A DNA stretch of 64,000 bases from contig CAVTHK010000002.1 of the NCBI GenBank assembly GCA_963734495.1, positions 195,346 through 259,345 of the forward strand, in the 5' to 3' direction. The notes beneath the pieces are model-generated. The model did not search any database and was not told the DNA's origin. It saw only the letters and a program-made list of their open reading frames with translations. Position numbers and translations under genes: made by a program. Source of the DNA: an uncultured Spirochaetota bacterium. GTDB lineage: Bacteria > Spirochaetota > Spirochaetia > SZUA-6 > CAVTHK01. Shown here piece after piece: positions 41,370-52,551 of this stretch (positions are counted from its first letter, which is position 1; every line of letters starts with the position of its first letter).

Positions 41370-42311
41370 GTGAGCGGAAGCGTTCCGACGATCCACACGC
41401 CGGTGCTTCTGGCCGAGGTTCTCGGCCTGCTCGACCCGCCCGCGGGGCCGAGCCTGTTCGTGGACGCCACGCTCGGCGAGGGAGGGCACGCCGAGGCGTT
41501 TCTGGATCGCGCCCCCGGGCTGAGCCTGGTGGGCATCGAGGTGGATTCCGGCATTGCGGCCGTGGCGCAGGCGAGGCTGGCCCGATTCGGGCGGAGGTTC
41601 AGCCTGTGGCGCGGCTGGTTCTCGGATTACTTCGCGGGGCTGCGGGCACATGGGGGGGGGAGGCCCGATCGCGTGTTGTTCGACCTGGGCGTGTCGAGCT
41701 ACCACTACGAGGCCAGCGGCCGCGGGTTCTCGTTCGCCAGGGACGAGGCGCTCGACATGCGCCTCGACCTCGCGGCCGAAACGACCGCGGCGCACCTGGT
41801 CAACCGGCTCGACGAGACAGAGCTCGCCGACCTCTTCTATCGCTACGGCGAGGAGCGGCGCTCCCGGCCGATCGCGCGCGCTATAGCGCGCGAGCGCGAC
41901 CGCGCGCCGATCGAGACCTCCGGCCGGCTGGCGGACGTCATCCGCCGCGCCGTCCCCGCCTCGTACCGCCGCGGCCGCATTCACCCGGCCACCCGCTGCT
42001 TCCAGGCGCTGCGCATCGCGGTCAACGGGGAGCTCGACCGGATCGAGACGGCCGTGCGGGACGCGGCGTCTTCGCTGGCCCCGGGCGGCCGCGTGGGCGT
42101 GATCGCCTTCCATTCGCTTGAGGACCGGATCATCAAGACGATGTTCCGCAGCCTCGCCCGGGAGAATGAAGCTGAAGGGCGGCAACCGGATTCCGGCGCG
42201 CGCTACCGGCTGGTCACCCGCAAGGCGGTCATGGCCACGGAGGACGAGGTGCGGGCCAACCCGCCCTCGCGGAGCGCGCGGCTGCGCGTCCTCGAGAGGG
42301 TCGTCGCATGA
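41370..42311 (+). CDS. rsmH: 16S rRNA m4C1402 methyltransferase
   Basis: HTPVLL, DATLGEGGH, FDLGVSS, RGFSF, FQALRIAVN, FHSLEDR, NPPSRSARLR. Confidence 0.97.
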   Translation: MSGSVPTIHTPVLLAEVLGLLDPPAGPSLFVDATLGEGGHAEAFLDRAPGLSLVGIEVDSGIAAVAQARLARFGRRFSLWRGWFSDYFAGLRAHGGGRPDRVLFDLGVSSYHYEASGRGFSFARDEALDMRLDLAAETTAAHLVNRLDETELADLFYRYGEERRSRPIARAIARERDRAPIETSGRLADVIRRAVPASYRRGRIHPATRCFQALRIAVNGELDRIETAVRDAASSLAPGGRVGVIAFHSLEDRIIKTMFRSLARENEAEGRQPDSGARYRLVTRKAVMATEDEVRANPPSRSARLRVLERVVA

Positions 42312-42616
42312 AAAGGGCGCTTCTCCTCCTGCTTGCCGCCTCGATCCCGATCCTGCTCGGAGTCAAGGTGTGGCAGGTGCAGCGCACGCAGGCGCTGCTC
42401 GAGAAGGTGGAAGCCCTCGACCAGGAGCAGCGCGACTGGCTGGAGCGGAACAAGAAGCTGCTCTCGGCCATCGCGGTGTTCCGCTCGCCGGCCAGGATCG
42501 AAAAGCTGGCAAAGGAAAAGCTGGGGCTCGGCGCGGGCGTCGAGCCGGACCTGCGCATCGAGCTCCCGTCCACGGGAGCCCCGGGAGCCGCGGAAACCGG
42601 GGGAGGGGGGCCCTAG
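42308..42616 (+). CDS. ftsL: cell division protein FtsL-like
   Basis: TM segment plus coiled coil, SPARIEKLAKEKLGL; position after rsmH. Confidence 0.75.
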   Translation: MKRALLLLLAASIPILLGVKVWQVQRTQALLEKVEALDQEQRDWLERNKKLLSAIAVFRSPARIEKLAKEKLGLGAGVEPDLRIELPSTGAPGAAETGGGGP

Positions 42617-42618
42617 GC

Positions 42619-44025
42619 ATGGCCGCGAGCCGGCTCGCCCTCGACCGCGGGCAGCTCCTCGAGAGCACCCGCGGGACTCTCCTGGCCGACGCGCCCGTGT
42701 GGCCGCTCGACAGCGTGGTGATCGACTCGCGCAAGGCCGCCCGGGGCGCCCTCTTCGTGGCGCTTGCCGGCGCGCGGACCGACGGCCACGAGCACGTCGC
42801 GGATGCCGTGAGCCGCGGCGCGCGCTGCCTGCTGATCCGCCGCGACAGGCAGGAGCTCGTGCGCGAGCGCCTCGCCGCCGCGGGCCGCGACGCCGTCGCC
42901 GTCGTTGCCGTCGACGACACGCTCGCCGGGCTGCAGGACATCGCGGCGCGGCGCATCGCGCGGCTCGCGGGGATGGTCAAGATCGGCGTCACGGGAAGCT
43001 CGGGCAAGACCACGACCAAGGAGGCGATCGGGAGCATCCTCGCCCAGGCTGCCCCGACCGCGATCAGCGAGGGCAACCTCAACTCCGAGTCGGGCCTTCC
43101 CCTCGCGCTGCTCTCCGCCGGGCCGGAGCACCGCTACGGCGTTTTCGAGCTGGCGGTCGACCACCCCGGCGAGATGGACCGGCTTTCCGCGATCCTCCGG
43201 CCCGACGTCGCGGTGATCACCAACATCGGCAGCGCGCACGGCGAGCAGCTCGGCTCCCGCGACGGGATCGCCGCGGAGAAGAAGAAGATCTTTTCGCGCT
43301 TCGACGGGCGCGGGACCGGGTTCGTGTGGGAGGGAGACGATTACCGCGAGTTCCTCTCGCGGGATGTAAAAGGCAAGGTTCTGACCTTCGGGGAGCGAAG
43401 CACCCCGGGGTACCGGGGGAGCGTGGACCTGGGGCTGGATGGCTCTGCCATCGACTGGGAGGGGCTCCGGGTCCACTTCCCTCTTTTTGGGCCTCACAAT
43501 CTCCTGAACGCGCTGGCCGCGGTCTCGGTGGCCGTCGAGCTGGGCATCGCGCCGGAGCATGTTCGGGCGGGGCTCGAGCGCGTGCGTCCGCTGTTCGGCC
43601 GCTCGCAGGTCGTGCGCGGCGCCTGGACGCTGCTCGTGGACTGCTACAACTCCAACCCCGAGTCGCTCTCGGCGGTGCTCCGCTTCGTGAGCGGCCTGCC
43701 GTGGCCAGGGCGCCGGGTCGCGGTCCTCGGCAGCATGCTGGAGCTGGGAGCCGCGAGCGGGGCCGCGCACGAGGAAGCCGGCCGCCGGCTGTGCGAAAGC
43801 CGCGTCGATCGCGTCTTTCTCTTCGGCGAGGAAATGAAGGCAGCTGAAGGCGTCTGCCGGGCGCTCTGCCCCGAGCGGCTCGCGCTGGCCACCGTCGAGA
43901 TCGAGCGCCTGATCGCGGCCGTGCGCGCAGAGCTCCGCGGCGGCGACCTCGTGCTGATCAAGGGGTCGCGCGGCATGGCGCTCGAGCGGCTGCTGGAGCC
44001 CGTGGGGGAGCCGCGATGCTGCTGA
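42619..44025 (+). CDS. murF: UDP-N-acetylmuramoyl-tripeptide--D-Ala-D-Ala ligase
   Basis: IDSR, DGHEH, GVTGSSGKTTTKE, GNLN, DCYNSNPES, LGSMLELG, IKGSRG. Confidence 0.95.
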   Translation: MAASRLALDRGQLLESTRGTLLADAPVWPLDSVVIDSRKAARGALFVALAGARTDGHEHVADAVSRGARCLLIRRDRQELVRERLAAAGRDAVAVVAVDDTLAGLQDIAARRIARLAGMVKIGVTGSSGKTTTKEAIGSILAQAAPTAISEGNLNSESGLPLALLSAGPEHRYGVFELAVDHPGEMDRLSAILRPDVAVITNIGSAHGEQLGSRDGIAAEKKKIFSRFDGRGTGFVWEGDDYREFLSRDVKGKVLTFGERSTPGYRGSVDLGLDGSAIDWEGLRVHFPLFGPHNLLNALAAVSVAVELGIAPEHVRAGLERVRPLFGRSQVVRGAWTLLVDCYNSNPESLSAVLRFVSGLPWPGRRVAVLGSMLELGAASGAAHEEAGRRLCESRVDRVFLFGEEMKAAEGVCRALCPERLALATVEIERLIAAVRAELRGGDLVLIKGSRGMALERLLEPVGEPRCC

Positions 44026-45095
44026 AGCTGCTGCTGCCCCTCGAGCGCGCGTGGTCCTTCTTCAATATATTCCACTACATCACGTTCCGGGCCTCCTATG
44101 CCGCCATCACCGCGCTGCTCATCGCGTTCCTCTTCGGGCCGTGGGTCATCAAGCGCCTCCGCGAGCTCAAGGCGAGGCAGGTCGTGCGCGTCGACGGCCC
44201 GCAGACGCACCAGGGCAAGTCCGGGACGCCGACGATGGGCGGCGTGCTGATCATCCTTTCCGTCGTGATCTCGACGCTGCTCTGGCAGGACCTCGAGAGC
44301 CCGCACACGTGGCTGCTGCTCGGGACCCTCGTCGCCTACGGAGCGATCGGCTTTGCCGACGACCTGCTCAAGGTGATGCGCAGGGACTCCGGCGGGCTCG
44401 CCGCGCCCGTCAAGCTCGGGGCGCAGCTCGTGCTCGCGTTCCTGATCGGCGCCGTCCTCACCGCGCGTCCCACCGAGAGCACGACGCTGCTGTACCTGCC
44501 CTTCTTCAAGACGCCCGTCGCGGACCTGGGGTGGACGTACGTCCCGCTCGCGGTCCTGCTGCTGGCCGGCTACTCGAACGCGGTCAACTTTACCGACGGC
44601 CTCGACGGGCTCGCGGCGGGGCTGGTCATCTTTGTCGCGGCCACCTTCGCGATCCTCGCCTACGTGACCGGGAGGGTGGACTGGACGCAGTTCCTGCAGG
44701 TCCCGTACGTCGAGGGCGCCGGCGAGATCATGGTCTTCTGCCTCTCGCTGCTGGGCGCCCTCGTCGGATTCCTGTGGTTCAACGCCCACCCCGCCGAGAT
44801 CTGGATGGGCGACACCGGGAGCCTCGCGCTGGGCGGCGTGCTCGGCGTCGTCGCCATGATCATCAAGAAGGAGGTGCTCCTCTTTATCGTGGGAGGAGTC
44901 TTCGTGATCGAGATCATGTCGGTGATCCTGCAGGTGGCGCACTTCAAGCTCACGGGCCGCAGGATCTTCCGCATGGCGCCGATTCATCACCACTTCGAGC
45001 TCGCCGGGTGGCACGAGAGCAAGGTGGTGATCCGCTTCTGGATCCTGGGGGGGCTGTTCGCGCTGCTGGGCCTCTCCACGCTGAAGATCCAGTAG
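44016..45095 (+). CDS. mraY: phospho-MurNAc-pentapeptide transferase
   Basis: KSGTPTMGG, GFADD, NAVNFTDGLDGLA, MGDTGSLALG, MAPIHHHFE. Confidence 0.97.
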   Translation: MLLKLLLPLERAWSFFNIFHYITFRASYAAITALLIAFLFGPWVIKRLRELKARQVVRVDGPQTHQGKSGTPTMGGVLIILSVVISTLLWQDLESPHTWLLLGTLVAYGAIGFADDLLKVMRRDSGGLAAPVKLGAQLVLAFLIGAVLTARPTESTTLLYLPFFKTPVADLGWTYVPLAVLLLAGYSNAVNFTDGLDGLAAGLVIFVAATFAILAYVTGRVDWTQFLQVPYVEGAGEIMVFCLSLLGALVGFLWFNAHPAEIWMGDTGSLALGGVLGVVAMIIKKEVLLFIVGGVFVIEIMSVILQVAHFKLTGRRIFRMAPIHHHFELAGWHESKVVIRFWILGGLFALLGLSTLKIQ

Positions 45096-45105
45096 GAGGG
45101 CCGCG

Positions 45106-46236
45106 GTGGAACGCGTCGACCGGCGCACCGGCGACCTCGCCCTCGTGCTGCTCGCGATGCTGCTGGTCGGCTTCGGCTTCGCGGCGCTGTACTCCGCGTC
45201 CTACGCCCACGCGCGCGACCTCGGCAAGCCGGCCACCTACTTCGTGCAGAGGCAGGGCGTCTGGCTCGCCTTTGGGGCGGCCGCGGCGTTCCTCGCCTCC
45301 TGGACGCCCCTGCCCGCGGTCAGGGCGGCGGTGCCGCCGCTGCTGATCGCGAGCTTCGCGCTGCTCCTGCTGCCCTTCGTGCCGGGGCTCGGCAGCACCG
45401 TCATGGGCGCGCAGCGCTGGATCTTCATCGGCAGCCTCTCGTTCCAGCCCTCCGAGCTCGCCAAGCTCACGATCGTGCTGTACGTGTCCGCGCTCCTCAG
45501 CAAGAAGCAGGACCGGCTCGACGACGCGGTCAACGGGATCCTGCCCCCGCTGATCGTGGTGCTCGTCTTCTCGGGCCTGGTCCTGATGCAGAACAACTTC
45601 TCGACCGCGGTCTTCCTGTTCCTCGTGGCCGTCGCGATCTTCTTTATCGCGAACGTGCGGGTCGTCCACCTCGCCCTCATCGGCTCGATCCTGGTCCCCC
45701 TGATGCTCATGCTGCTGTTCACGCGCGAGCACCGCCTGCAGCGCGTCGTCGCGTTCCTGGACCCGATGCGCGACCCGATGGGCTCGAGCTTCCAGGTGCT
45801 TCAGGCGCGGGCCGCGCTGGCGGCCGGGGGCCTGTGGGGCCGGGGGCTGGGGCTCGGGACGCGCAAGCTCGGGCCGCTGCCCGAGGCGCACCAGGACTTC
45901 ATCTTCGCCGTGGTCGGCGAGGAGCTGGGGCTGCTCGGCATGCTCGGCGTGCTGTTCCTGTTCCTGCTGCTCGCGGCCCGAGGGTACGCGATCGCCGCCG
46001 CGGCGACCGACCCGTTCGCGCGCTACGTCGCCTTCGGCGTCACGACGACGATCCTGTTCCAGGCCCTGCTCAACATGGCGGTGGTGTGCGGGCTGGCGCC
46101 CGCCACGGGGGTGCCCCTGCCGTTCTTCTCCAACGGGGGCTCGTCGCTGGTCGTGTGCCTCGCGATGGTCGGGCTGCTGATCAACGTCTCGCGCGCGACG
46201 GCGCAGCCGCGCTTCGGAGGGCTCTCCGATGTCTGA
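45106..46236 (+). CDS. ftsW: SEDS protein FtsW
   Basis: GAQRWI, FQPSELAK, LPEAHQDFIF, GEELG, PATGVPLPFFSNGGSS. Confidence 0.95.
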   Translation: MERVDRRTGDLALVLLAMLLVGFGFAALYSASYAHARDLGKPATYFVQRQGVWLAFGAAAAFLASWTPLPAVRAAVPPLLIASFALLLLPFVPGLGSTVMGAQRWIFIGSLSFQPSELAKLTIVLYVSALLSKKQDRLDDAVNGILPPLIVVLVFSGLVLMQNNFSTAVFLFLVAVAIFFIANVRVVHLALIGSILVPLMLMLLFTREHRLQRVVAFLDPMRDPMGSSFQVLQARAALAAGGLWGRGLGLGTRKLGPLPEAHQDFIFAVVGEELGLLGMLGVLFLFLLLAARGYAIAAAATDPFARYVAFGVTTTILFQALLNMAVVCGLAPATGVPLPFFSNGGSSLVVCLAMVGLLINVSRATAQPRFGGLSDV

Positions 46237-47065
46237 GGGAGTCGTCATGTCGCGCAGGGTCGAGGAGAGCGAGGGCGGGCTCGGGCGGCGGATCCTGGCC
46301 CCGCTGGTGATCGTGCTGGCGGCGCTGGCGCTCGTCGAGCTGATCGTCCAGGTCGTGCTGATGCCGCACATGGTCGTGCGCAGCATCCTGGTCTCCAGCG
46401 ATCTCAAGATCCCCGAGCAGGAGCTCCTGCAGATCGCGGGGATCAGCGGCCACGAACGCTACCTCTCGCTCGACACCGCGGAGATCGAGCGGCGCCTGGA
46501 GGCCTGGCCGCTCGTGCGCGAGGCGAACGTGCAGAAGGTCTTTCCCGACACGCTGCGCCTCTCGGTGACCGGCCGCAAGCCCCTCGCCCTCGCCATGGGC
46601 CGCTCGGGCGACCGGACCGTGCCCGTGGTCTTCGACGAGGACGGCGTCGTCTTCCAGATCGGCAGCTCGTCGTCCGCGGGAGGGATCCCCGACCTGCCGG
46701 TGATTTCCGGCCTTTCGTTCACGCCGGCCCTCGGCATCGCGATGCCCGCGATGCTCAGGCCGCTGCTCAAGGACCTCGCGGCGCTGCGCCAGCGCTCGCC
46801 GGAGCTCTACGGCCTGATCTCCGAGCTCAAAGTCTCGGCCATCAACAGCGTCGACTACGAGCTGGAGTTCTATCCCTTGGGTCAGAGGGTCAGGGTGCGT
46901 CTCGGCAACCGCATCGACGAGACGATCCTGAGGTACGCGTTCCTCGTCATCGACGTGCTCGCGCGCACCAGGAGCGCCGCCGATGTGGCGGAGATCGATC
47001 TGCGCAACGGCCAGGTCGTCTACAGGGGCGCGGGGAACGATCCGGCGCGCGGGGCGGCGCGGTAA
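46229..47065 (+). CDS. ftsQ: cell division protein FtsQ/DivIB
   Basis: TM segment plus POTRA (WPLVREANVQKVFPDTL), EIDLR; between ftsW and ftsA. Confidence 0.85.
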   Translation: MSEGVVMSRRVEESEGGLGRRILAPLVIVLAALALVELIVQVVLMPHMVVRSILVSSDLKIPEQELLQIAGISGHERYLSLDTAEIERRLEAWPLVREANVQKVFPDTLRLSVTGRKPLALAMGRSGDRTVPVVFDEDGVVFQIGSSSSAGGIPDLPVISGLSFTPALGIAMPAMLRPLLKDLAALRQRSPELYGLISELKVSAINSVDYELEFYPLGQRVRVRLGNRIDETILRYAFLVIDVLARTRSAADVAEIDLRNGQVVYRGAGNDPARGAAR

Positions 47066-47079
47066 AGGAGAGGCGAGAA

Positions 47080-48315
47080 GTGCCCGGGGATGATCTGATC
47101 GTCGGTCTGGACATAGGAACCACCAAGATCTGCGCCGTCATCGGGCAGCTGGACGACGCCGGCCGCGTCGAGATCGTGGGCGTCGGCACCGTCCCCTCCC
47201 GCGGCCTGCGGCGCGGCGTCGTGGTCAACATCGAGGCGACGGTCCGCTCCGTGCTCGAGGCCGTGGAGGCCGCCGAGCTCATGTCCGGCCGCGAGGTCCA
47301 GTCCGTGTTCGCCGGCATCTCGGGCCGGCACATCGAGGGGATCAACTCGCGCGGCGTCGTCGCCGTGACCGGCAGGGGGCGCGAGATCTCGAACGAGGAC
47401 GTCGACCGCGTCATCGACGCGGGCAAGGCGATCCCGGTCCCGATGGACCGCGAGGTGCTGCACGTGATCCCCCAGGAGTTCATCGTCGACGAGCAGCGGG
47501 GCATCCGCAACCCGCTCGGCATGATCGGCGTGCGCCTGGAGGCCGAAGTCCACATCATCACGGGCTCGGTGACCAGCGCGCAGAACATCATCAAGTGCAT
47601 CAACCGCGCGGGGTTCAAGGTCAACGACCTGATCCTCCAGCCGCTCGCCTCCGCCCGTGCGGTGCTGACGTCCGACGAGAAGGAGCTCGGCGTCATGATC
47701 ATCGACATGGGCGGCGGAACGAGCGACGTGATGGTCTACCTGGAGGGCTCGCCCTACCACACCGAGGTGCTGCCGGTGGGGGGCGACCAGGTGACCAGCG
47801 ACCTCTCGATCCTGCTCAAGACCCCCCTCGAAGCGGCGGAGCGCCTCAAGCGTGAGGCCGGCTGCTGCTACCTGGACATGGTGCACGAGGAAGAGACGGT
47901 GAGCATCCCGGGGGTGGGCGGACGGCCGCCCCTCATCCGCTCGCGCAAGGAGATCGTCGAGATCATCCAGCCGCGCATGACCGAGATGCTCGCCCTGGCC
48001 AAGGAGCAGGCGGAGGAGAAGGGCTACCTGAAGATGATGGGCGGCGGGGTCGTGCTCACGGGGGGAGGATCGCTGCTGCCCGGCACGCAGGAGCTGGCCC
48101 AGGAAGTGTTCGGGCTTCCAGCGCGCATCGGGACGCCGGTGCGCCTGCTGGGGCTGATGGAGGAGGTCTCCAGCCCCATCTTCTCGACCGCCATCGGGCT
48201 GCTGCTGTACGGGTCGCAGAAGACGGGGAGCGCGAGCGCGGAGCGGCGCCGCAAGCCGCCGGGCGTCAAGGGCGCGCTCGACCGCATGAAAGACTGGCTG
48301 CGGGAGTTCTTTTGA
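47080..48315 (+). CDS. ftsA: cell division protein FtsA
   Basis: VGLDIGTTKI, GLRRGVVVNIE, IDMGGGT, VLTGGGS. Confidence 0.97.
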   Translation: MPGDDLIVGLDIGTTKICAVIGQLDDAGRVEIVGVGTVPSRGLRRGVVVNIEATVRSVLEAVEAAELMSGREVQSVFAGISGRHIEGINSRGVVAVTGRGREISNEDVDRVIDAGKAIPVPMDREVLHVIPQEFIVDEQRGIRNPLGMIGVRLEAEVHIITGSVTSAQNIIKCINRAGFKVNDLILQPLASARAVLTSDEKELGVMIIDMGGGTSDVMVYLEGSPYHTEVLPVGGDQVTSDLSILLKTPLEAAERLKREAGCCYLDMVHEEETVSIPGVGGRPPLIRSRKEIVEIIQPRMTEMLALAKEQAEEKGYLKMMGGGVVLTGGGSLLPGTQELAQEVFGLPARIGTPVRLLGLMEEVSSPIFSTAIGLLLYGSQKTGSASAERRRKPPGVKGALDRMKDWLREFF

Positions 48316-48404
48316 CGGTGCGCCGCGGTGGTGCGCCGCGGATCGGAGCCGGCCGGGGGGGCCGGCGGGACAGCAAGGGTGCATGCTGAAACTGGGAGGA
48401 TAGG

Positions 48405-49574
48405 ATGACGATTCAGCTGAGCGACGATCGGGGCGCGAGCCTCACCTCGATCAAGGTGATCGGCGTGGGCGGGGGCGGGAGCAACGCGGTCAACCGGATG
48501 ATCGCCTCGGGCCTCCAGCACGTGGACTTCGTCGCGGTCAACACGGACCTGCAGGCGCTGCAGAACTCCCGCTCGCCGCTCAAGGTGCCGATCGGCAGCA
48601 AGCTCACTCAGGGGCTCGGCGCCGGGGGAGTTCCCGACGTCGGCGCCAGGGCGGCGATGGAGGACAAGGAGGCGCTCGAGAACGTCGTCCGCGGAGCGGA
48701 CATGGTGTTCATCACCGCGGGCATGGGCGGCGGGACCGGGACGGGCGCGGCGCCCGTGCTCGCCCAGATCACCCGCGAGCTCGACGTGCTCACGGTGGCG
48801 GTCGTCACCAAGCCGTTCGACTTCGAGGGCCGGCGCAAAATGGAGATCGCCGAAGAGGGCATCGCCAAGCTGCGCGAGGCGGTCGACACCCTCATCGTCA
48901 TCCCCAACCAGTACCTCCTGAAGATCGTGGAAAAGAAGACCCCGATCCGCGAGGCCTTCATGCTGGCCGACGACGTCCTGCGCCAGGGCGTGCAGGGCAT
49001 CAGCGACCTCATCACGATCCCCGGCGAGATCAACATCGACTTCGCCGACGTGCGGACGATCATGAAGGGCAAGGGCGACGCCCTGATGGGCATCGGCGTG
49101 GGCCGCAGCGACAACCGCGCGGTCGACGCGGCGACCAACGCCATCAACAACCCGCTGCTCGAGGACGCCCGCATCGAGGGCGCCAAGGGGATCCTGGTCA
49201 GCGTGACCGGCGGGGAGGACATGGCCCTGTCCGAGTTCGAAGAGGTGCTCAAGATCATCACGGCCAACGCGGACCGCGAGGCGCTGGTGATCGCCGGGCA
49301 CACGATCGACCCCGCCCTCGAGGACGAGATGAAGGTCACCGTGATCGCGACCGGATTCCGCAGCTTGCGCTCCGCGGCCAAGCCGGTCGAGAGGCCTTCG
49401 GCCGAGGAGCCCGCCGAGACCATCTCCAGCGAGGAGTGGGTGCGGATGAGCAAGGGCCTCCGCAGCAAGGGCAACGGCGAGTACCTCCTCGGCCGCAATT
49501 CGCGGGAGGCCGACCTCGGGATCCCGACGGTCATCCGGGAGAGAGAGCGCCTGCACGGCCAGGCGGACTCATGA
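48405..49574 (+). CDS. ftsZ: cell division protein FtsZ
   Basis: [35 protein letters not shown]-terminal DLGIPTVIR. Confidence 0.98.
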   Translation: MTIQLSDDRGASLTSIKVIGVGGGGSNAVNRMIASGLQHVDFVAVNTDLQALQNSRSPLKVPIGSKLTQGLGAGGVPDVGARAAMEDKEALENVVRGADMVFITAGMGGGTGTGAAPVLAQITRELDVLTVAVVTKPFDFEGRRKMEIAEEGIAKLREAVDTLIVIPNQYLLKIVEKKTPIREAFMLADDVLRQGVQGISDLITIPGEINIDFADVRTIMKGKGDALMGIGVGRSDNRAVDAATNAINNPLLEDARIEGAKGILVSVTGGEDMALSEFEEVLKIITANADREALVIAGHTIDPALEDEMKVTVIATGFRSLRSAAKPVERPSAEEPAETISSEEWVRMSKGLRSKGNGEYLLGRNSREADLGIPTVIRERERLHGQADS

Positions 49575-50455
49575 CCGAGACGTCGCAGACGCTGCTCGAT
49601 TTCGAGTCCCACCTCAGGCTCGAGATGGGACACGCCCGGCAGACCGTCGACACGTACCTGCTCGAGTGCAGGGCCTTCCTCGAGTGGCGGGACCGGCAGC
49701 CCGCGGGCGGGGCGACCGAGGCCGATCGGGTCATGGACTACCTGCTCGCGCGGAAGCTCGAGAACCTCGACGAGCGGACGATCGCCAAGAGCCTGAGCGC
49801 GATCCGCTCGTACTACCGGTTCCTGGTGTCGCGCGGCGAGGCCGCGAGCAACCCCGCCGACCTCATCGAGACCCCCCGCATCGAGCGGCGGATTCCGAGG
49901 GTCTTCAGCATCGAGGAGGTAGAGCGCCTGCTGGCGTGCATCGATCCCGGCACTCCCGCGGGGATCCGCGACCGCGCGCTCTTCGAGCTGATCTACTCCT
50001 GCGGGCTGCGCGTCTCCGAGGCGGCGGACCTGACCCTGGAGCGCCTGAACTTCCGCGAAGCCGCGGTGCGGGTCGTCGGCAAGGGCTCCCGCGAGCGGTG
50101 GGTGCCTCTCGGCGAGGTCGCGTCGGCGTGGCTGCGCCGCTATCTCGAGGCGGGCAGGCCCGAGCTGGCGTCGCGGCGGGCGGCCCCGTGGGTCTTTCTC
50201 AACCACCGCGGGGAGCGGCTCTCGCGCAAGGGAATGTGGAAGCGCTTCAAGGAGATCGCGGCCAAGGCCGGGGTCGAGGGCAAGATCCACACGCTGCGCC
50301 ACTCGTACGCCACTCACCTGCTTCAGGGCGGGGCCGACCTTCGCTCCGTGCAGGAGCTGCTCGGCCACGCGGACATCATGACGACGCAGATCTACACGCA
50401 CATCGGCCGCCGGGAGCTGCAGGACTACCACCGGCGCTTTCACCCGAGGGGATGA
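49571..50455 (+). CDS. xerD: tyrosine recombinase XerD-like
   Basis: [49 protein letters not shown]. Confidence 0.88.
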   Translation: MTETSQTLLDFESHLRLEMGHARQTVDTYLLECRAFLEWRDRQPAGGATEADRVMDYLLARKLENLDERTIAKSLSAIRSYYRFLVSRGEAASNPADLIETPRIERRIPRVFSIEEVERLLACIDPGTPAGIRDRALFELIYSCGLRVSEAADLTLERLNFREAAVRVVGKGSRERWVPLGEVASAWLRRYLEAGRPELASRRAAPWVFLNHRGERLSRKGMWKRFKEIAAKAGVEGKIHTLRHSYATHLLQGGADLRSVQELLGHADIMTTQIYTHIGRRELQDYHRRFHPRG

Positions 50456-50564
50456 TGAAGGGTCAAGGCGGGAGGCGCGCGAAGCCCGTTTCTCTTGACA
50501 GGGGATTCCCCGCGGCGGGCCTTCGTGCAGCGGCCGGACGGGCCGCGGGCCGGAGGAGACTCGC

Positions 50565-51590
50565 GTGAACGATGACCGCACGCTGCTGCGCCTCTCGCTC
50601 GGCCGGAGCACGGCGCTCAGGCCCGCCGACCGCAAGAGCCTGGATGCGGCGCTCGCGTCGCCCGCGGAGCTGCTGCGCGTGACCCCGGCCGAAGCGGCCG
50701 CGATCACGGGCCGGGGCCTGCGCCCGGGCTCCTGGCAGCCGGAACGCTGGCTGCAGGCCGCGGAGGCCGACGCGGCGGCGCTGGCGCGCGGGAGCCTCGC
50801 GTGCGTCGAGATGGGCGCGGCCGGCTATCCCGCGCAGCTCGAAAAGATCCACGACGCCCCGCTGCTGCTCTTCTGCCGCGGCACGCTCCCGGCCTGGCAG
50901 AGCCCGCTGATCGCCGTCGTCGGGACACGGCGGCCCACCGGCAGCTGTCGGACCGCGGCGTTCCTCCTCGGCTACGAGATCGCGGGGCTCGGGCTCATGG
51001 TGGTGTCGGGGCTCGCCCGCGGCATCGACCGGCTGGCGCACGAAGGCGCCCTTCGCGCGGGCGGGCTTGCCGTCGCGGTGCTCGGGGGCGGGATCGACCG
51101 TGTCTTTCCGGCTTCCAGCGCGCCGCTGGCCCGCCGCATTCTGGAGACCGGCGGCTGCCTGCTCAGCGAGTACCCGCCCGGCACGCCTGCCTGGAGGCAC
51201 CATTTCCCGGAGCGCAACCGCATCGTGAGCGGCCTCTGCCGCGCCGTGATCGTCGCGCAGGCGCCGCAGCGGTCGGGCGCGCTCATCACCGCCGACTACG
51301 CGCTCGACGAGGGGCGCGATCTCTACGTGCACGCCTCGGGAATCGAAGGCGAGCAGTGCGGGGGGACCCGCGACCTGGCCGAGTCGGGCGCCCGGGTGAT
51401 CGCGAGCGCGCGGGAGGTGCTGCGCGACTGGGGATGGCCCGTCCCGACCGCTGCGGACGAGGGCGCCTCCGACGGGCAAGCGGCGGGCGGCGTCGGCCTG
51501 GCGGCGACGATGGAAGCCGAGCTCGCCGGCAGGGGCGGGGTGTTCAACGGCGTCTTCTTCGACGGCCGCGGGAGGGTGGTCGATGGTTGA
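50565..51590 (+). CDS. dprA: DNA-processing protein DprA (Smf)
   Basis: YPAQL, AVVGTR, VSGLARGID, SEYPPG, FPERNRIVSGL, SGALITA. Confidence 0.95.
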   Translation: MNDDRTLLRLSLGRSTALRPADRKSLDAALASPAELLRVTPAEAAAITGRGLRPGSWQPERWLQAAEADAAALARGSLACVEMGAAGYPAQLEKIHDAPLLLFCRGTLPAWQSPLIAVVGTRRPTGSCRTAAFLLGYEIAGLGLMVVSGLARGIDRLAHEGALRAGGLAVAVLGGGIDRVFPASSAPLARRILETGGCLLSEYPPGTPAWRHHFPERNRIVSGLCRAVIVAQAPQRSGALITADYALDEGRDLYVHASGIEGEQCGGTRDLAESGARVIASAREVLRDWGWPVPTAADEGASDGQAAGGVGLAATMEAELAGRGGVFNGVFFDGRGRVVDG

Positions 51591-52551
51591 GCGCTACCTC
51601 GGCTACCTCTCGAGCGTCCGCCACCTCAGCGGAAACACGGTAGCGGCCTACAGGCGCGACCTGTCGCAGTTCGAGGCCTTCGTGGGCGGCAAGTCGCTCG
51701 CGGGGCAGGACCCGCGGACCGTCAAGGCCTTTCTCACGGACCTGGGCAGGCGGCGCCTGGCGCCGTCGACCATCAACCGCGTCACCTCGGCCCTGCGCGG
51801 CTACTTCCGGTTCCGGCAGCGCTTCGGCGGCGACGAGTCCAACCCGATGTCGGGGATCCGCGGCCGCAAGACGCGCCGGGGCCTCCCCGCGTTCCTGTTC
51901 CAGGAGGAGATGGACCGCTTCCTCGCGCCGCCGGGCGGCGACGGCGGCGGCGAGGCTGCCGCGCCGGCGAAGAAACAGCCCGACGCGGAGGCGAGGTTCC
52001 GCGGGGCCCGCGACCAGGCGGTCTTCGAGCTCCTCTATTCCACGGGCTGCCGCGCGTCGGAGGCCATGTCCCTCGACCTGCGCGACGTGGACCTCAAGCG
52101 CGCTTGCGCGCGCGTCGTCGGCAAGGGCCGGCGGGAGCGGACCGTGTTCCTCGGGGAGTCGGCGATCGAGGCGCTGAAAGAGTACCTTGGGATGCGGAGG
52201 CAGCGGACGACGGCCGCGGCTGCGACCTCCGCCCTCTTCATCAACATGAAGGGCGGCAGGCTCACGACGCGGGGCCTGCGCTTCATCCTGGACCGCCGGG
52301 TCGGCGAGCTGGGCTGGAGCCGCCCCCTCGGGCCGCATTCGTTCCGTCACTCCTTTGCCACGCACCTTCTGGATGAAGGGGCGGACATCCGCGTCGTGCA
52401 GGAGCTGCTCGGCCATTCGAGCCTCTCGACGACGCAGGTGTACACGCACGTGGGACTGGAGAAGCTGCGCCGAATCTATCGAGAGGCGCATCCGCACGCC
52501 AAGGCGGGGCCGCCCGGAAGGCAGGAAGCGAATGGGAACGAAACGCGCTAG
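51583..52551 (+). CDS. xerC: tyrosine recombinase XerC-like
   Basis: [45 protein letters not shown]; upstream of hslV. Confidence 0.88.
   Translation: MVERYLGYLSSVRHLSGNTVAAYRRDLSQFEAFVGGKSLAGQDPRTVKAFLTDLGRRRLAPSTINRVTSALRGYFRFRQRFGGDESNPMSGIRGRKTRRGLPAFLFQEEMDRFLAPPGGDGGGEAAAPAKKQPDAEARFRGARDQAVFELLYSTGCRASEAMSLDLRDVDLKRACARVVGKGRRERTVFLGESAIEALKEYLGMRRQRTTAAAATSALFINMKGGRLTTRGLRFILDRRVGELGWSRPLGPHSFRHSFATHLLDEGADIRVVQELLGHSSLSTTQVYTHVGLEKLRRIYREAHPHAKAGPPGRQEANGNETR

Noticed and set aside
40920-49574. dcw cluster lacking ftsI, murE, murD, murG and murC
   Set aside because: This reduced order is the known spirochaete arrangement, so it is not novel.
50495-50530. TTGACA upstream of dprA as a promoter
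   Set aside because: No credible -10 hexamer at 16-19 bp spacing.
49571-52551. Two tyrosine recombinases as evidence of an integrated element
   Set aside because: They are XerD/XerC-like housekeeping genes in conserved synteny, with no att sites or cargo.
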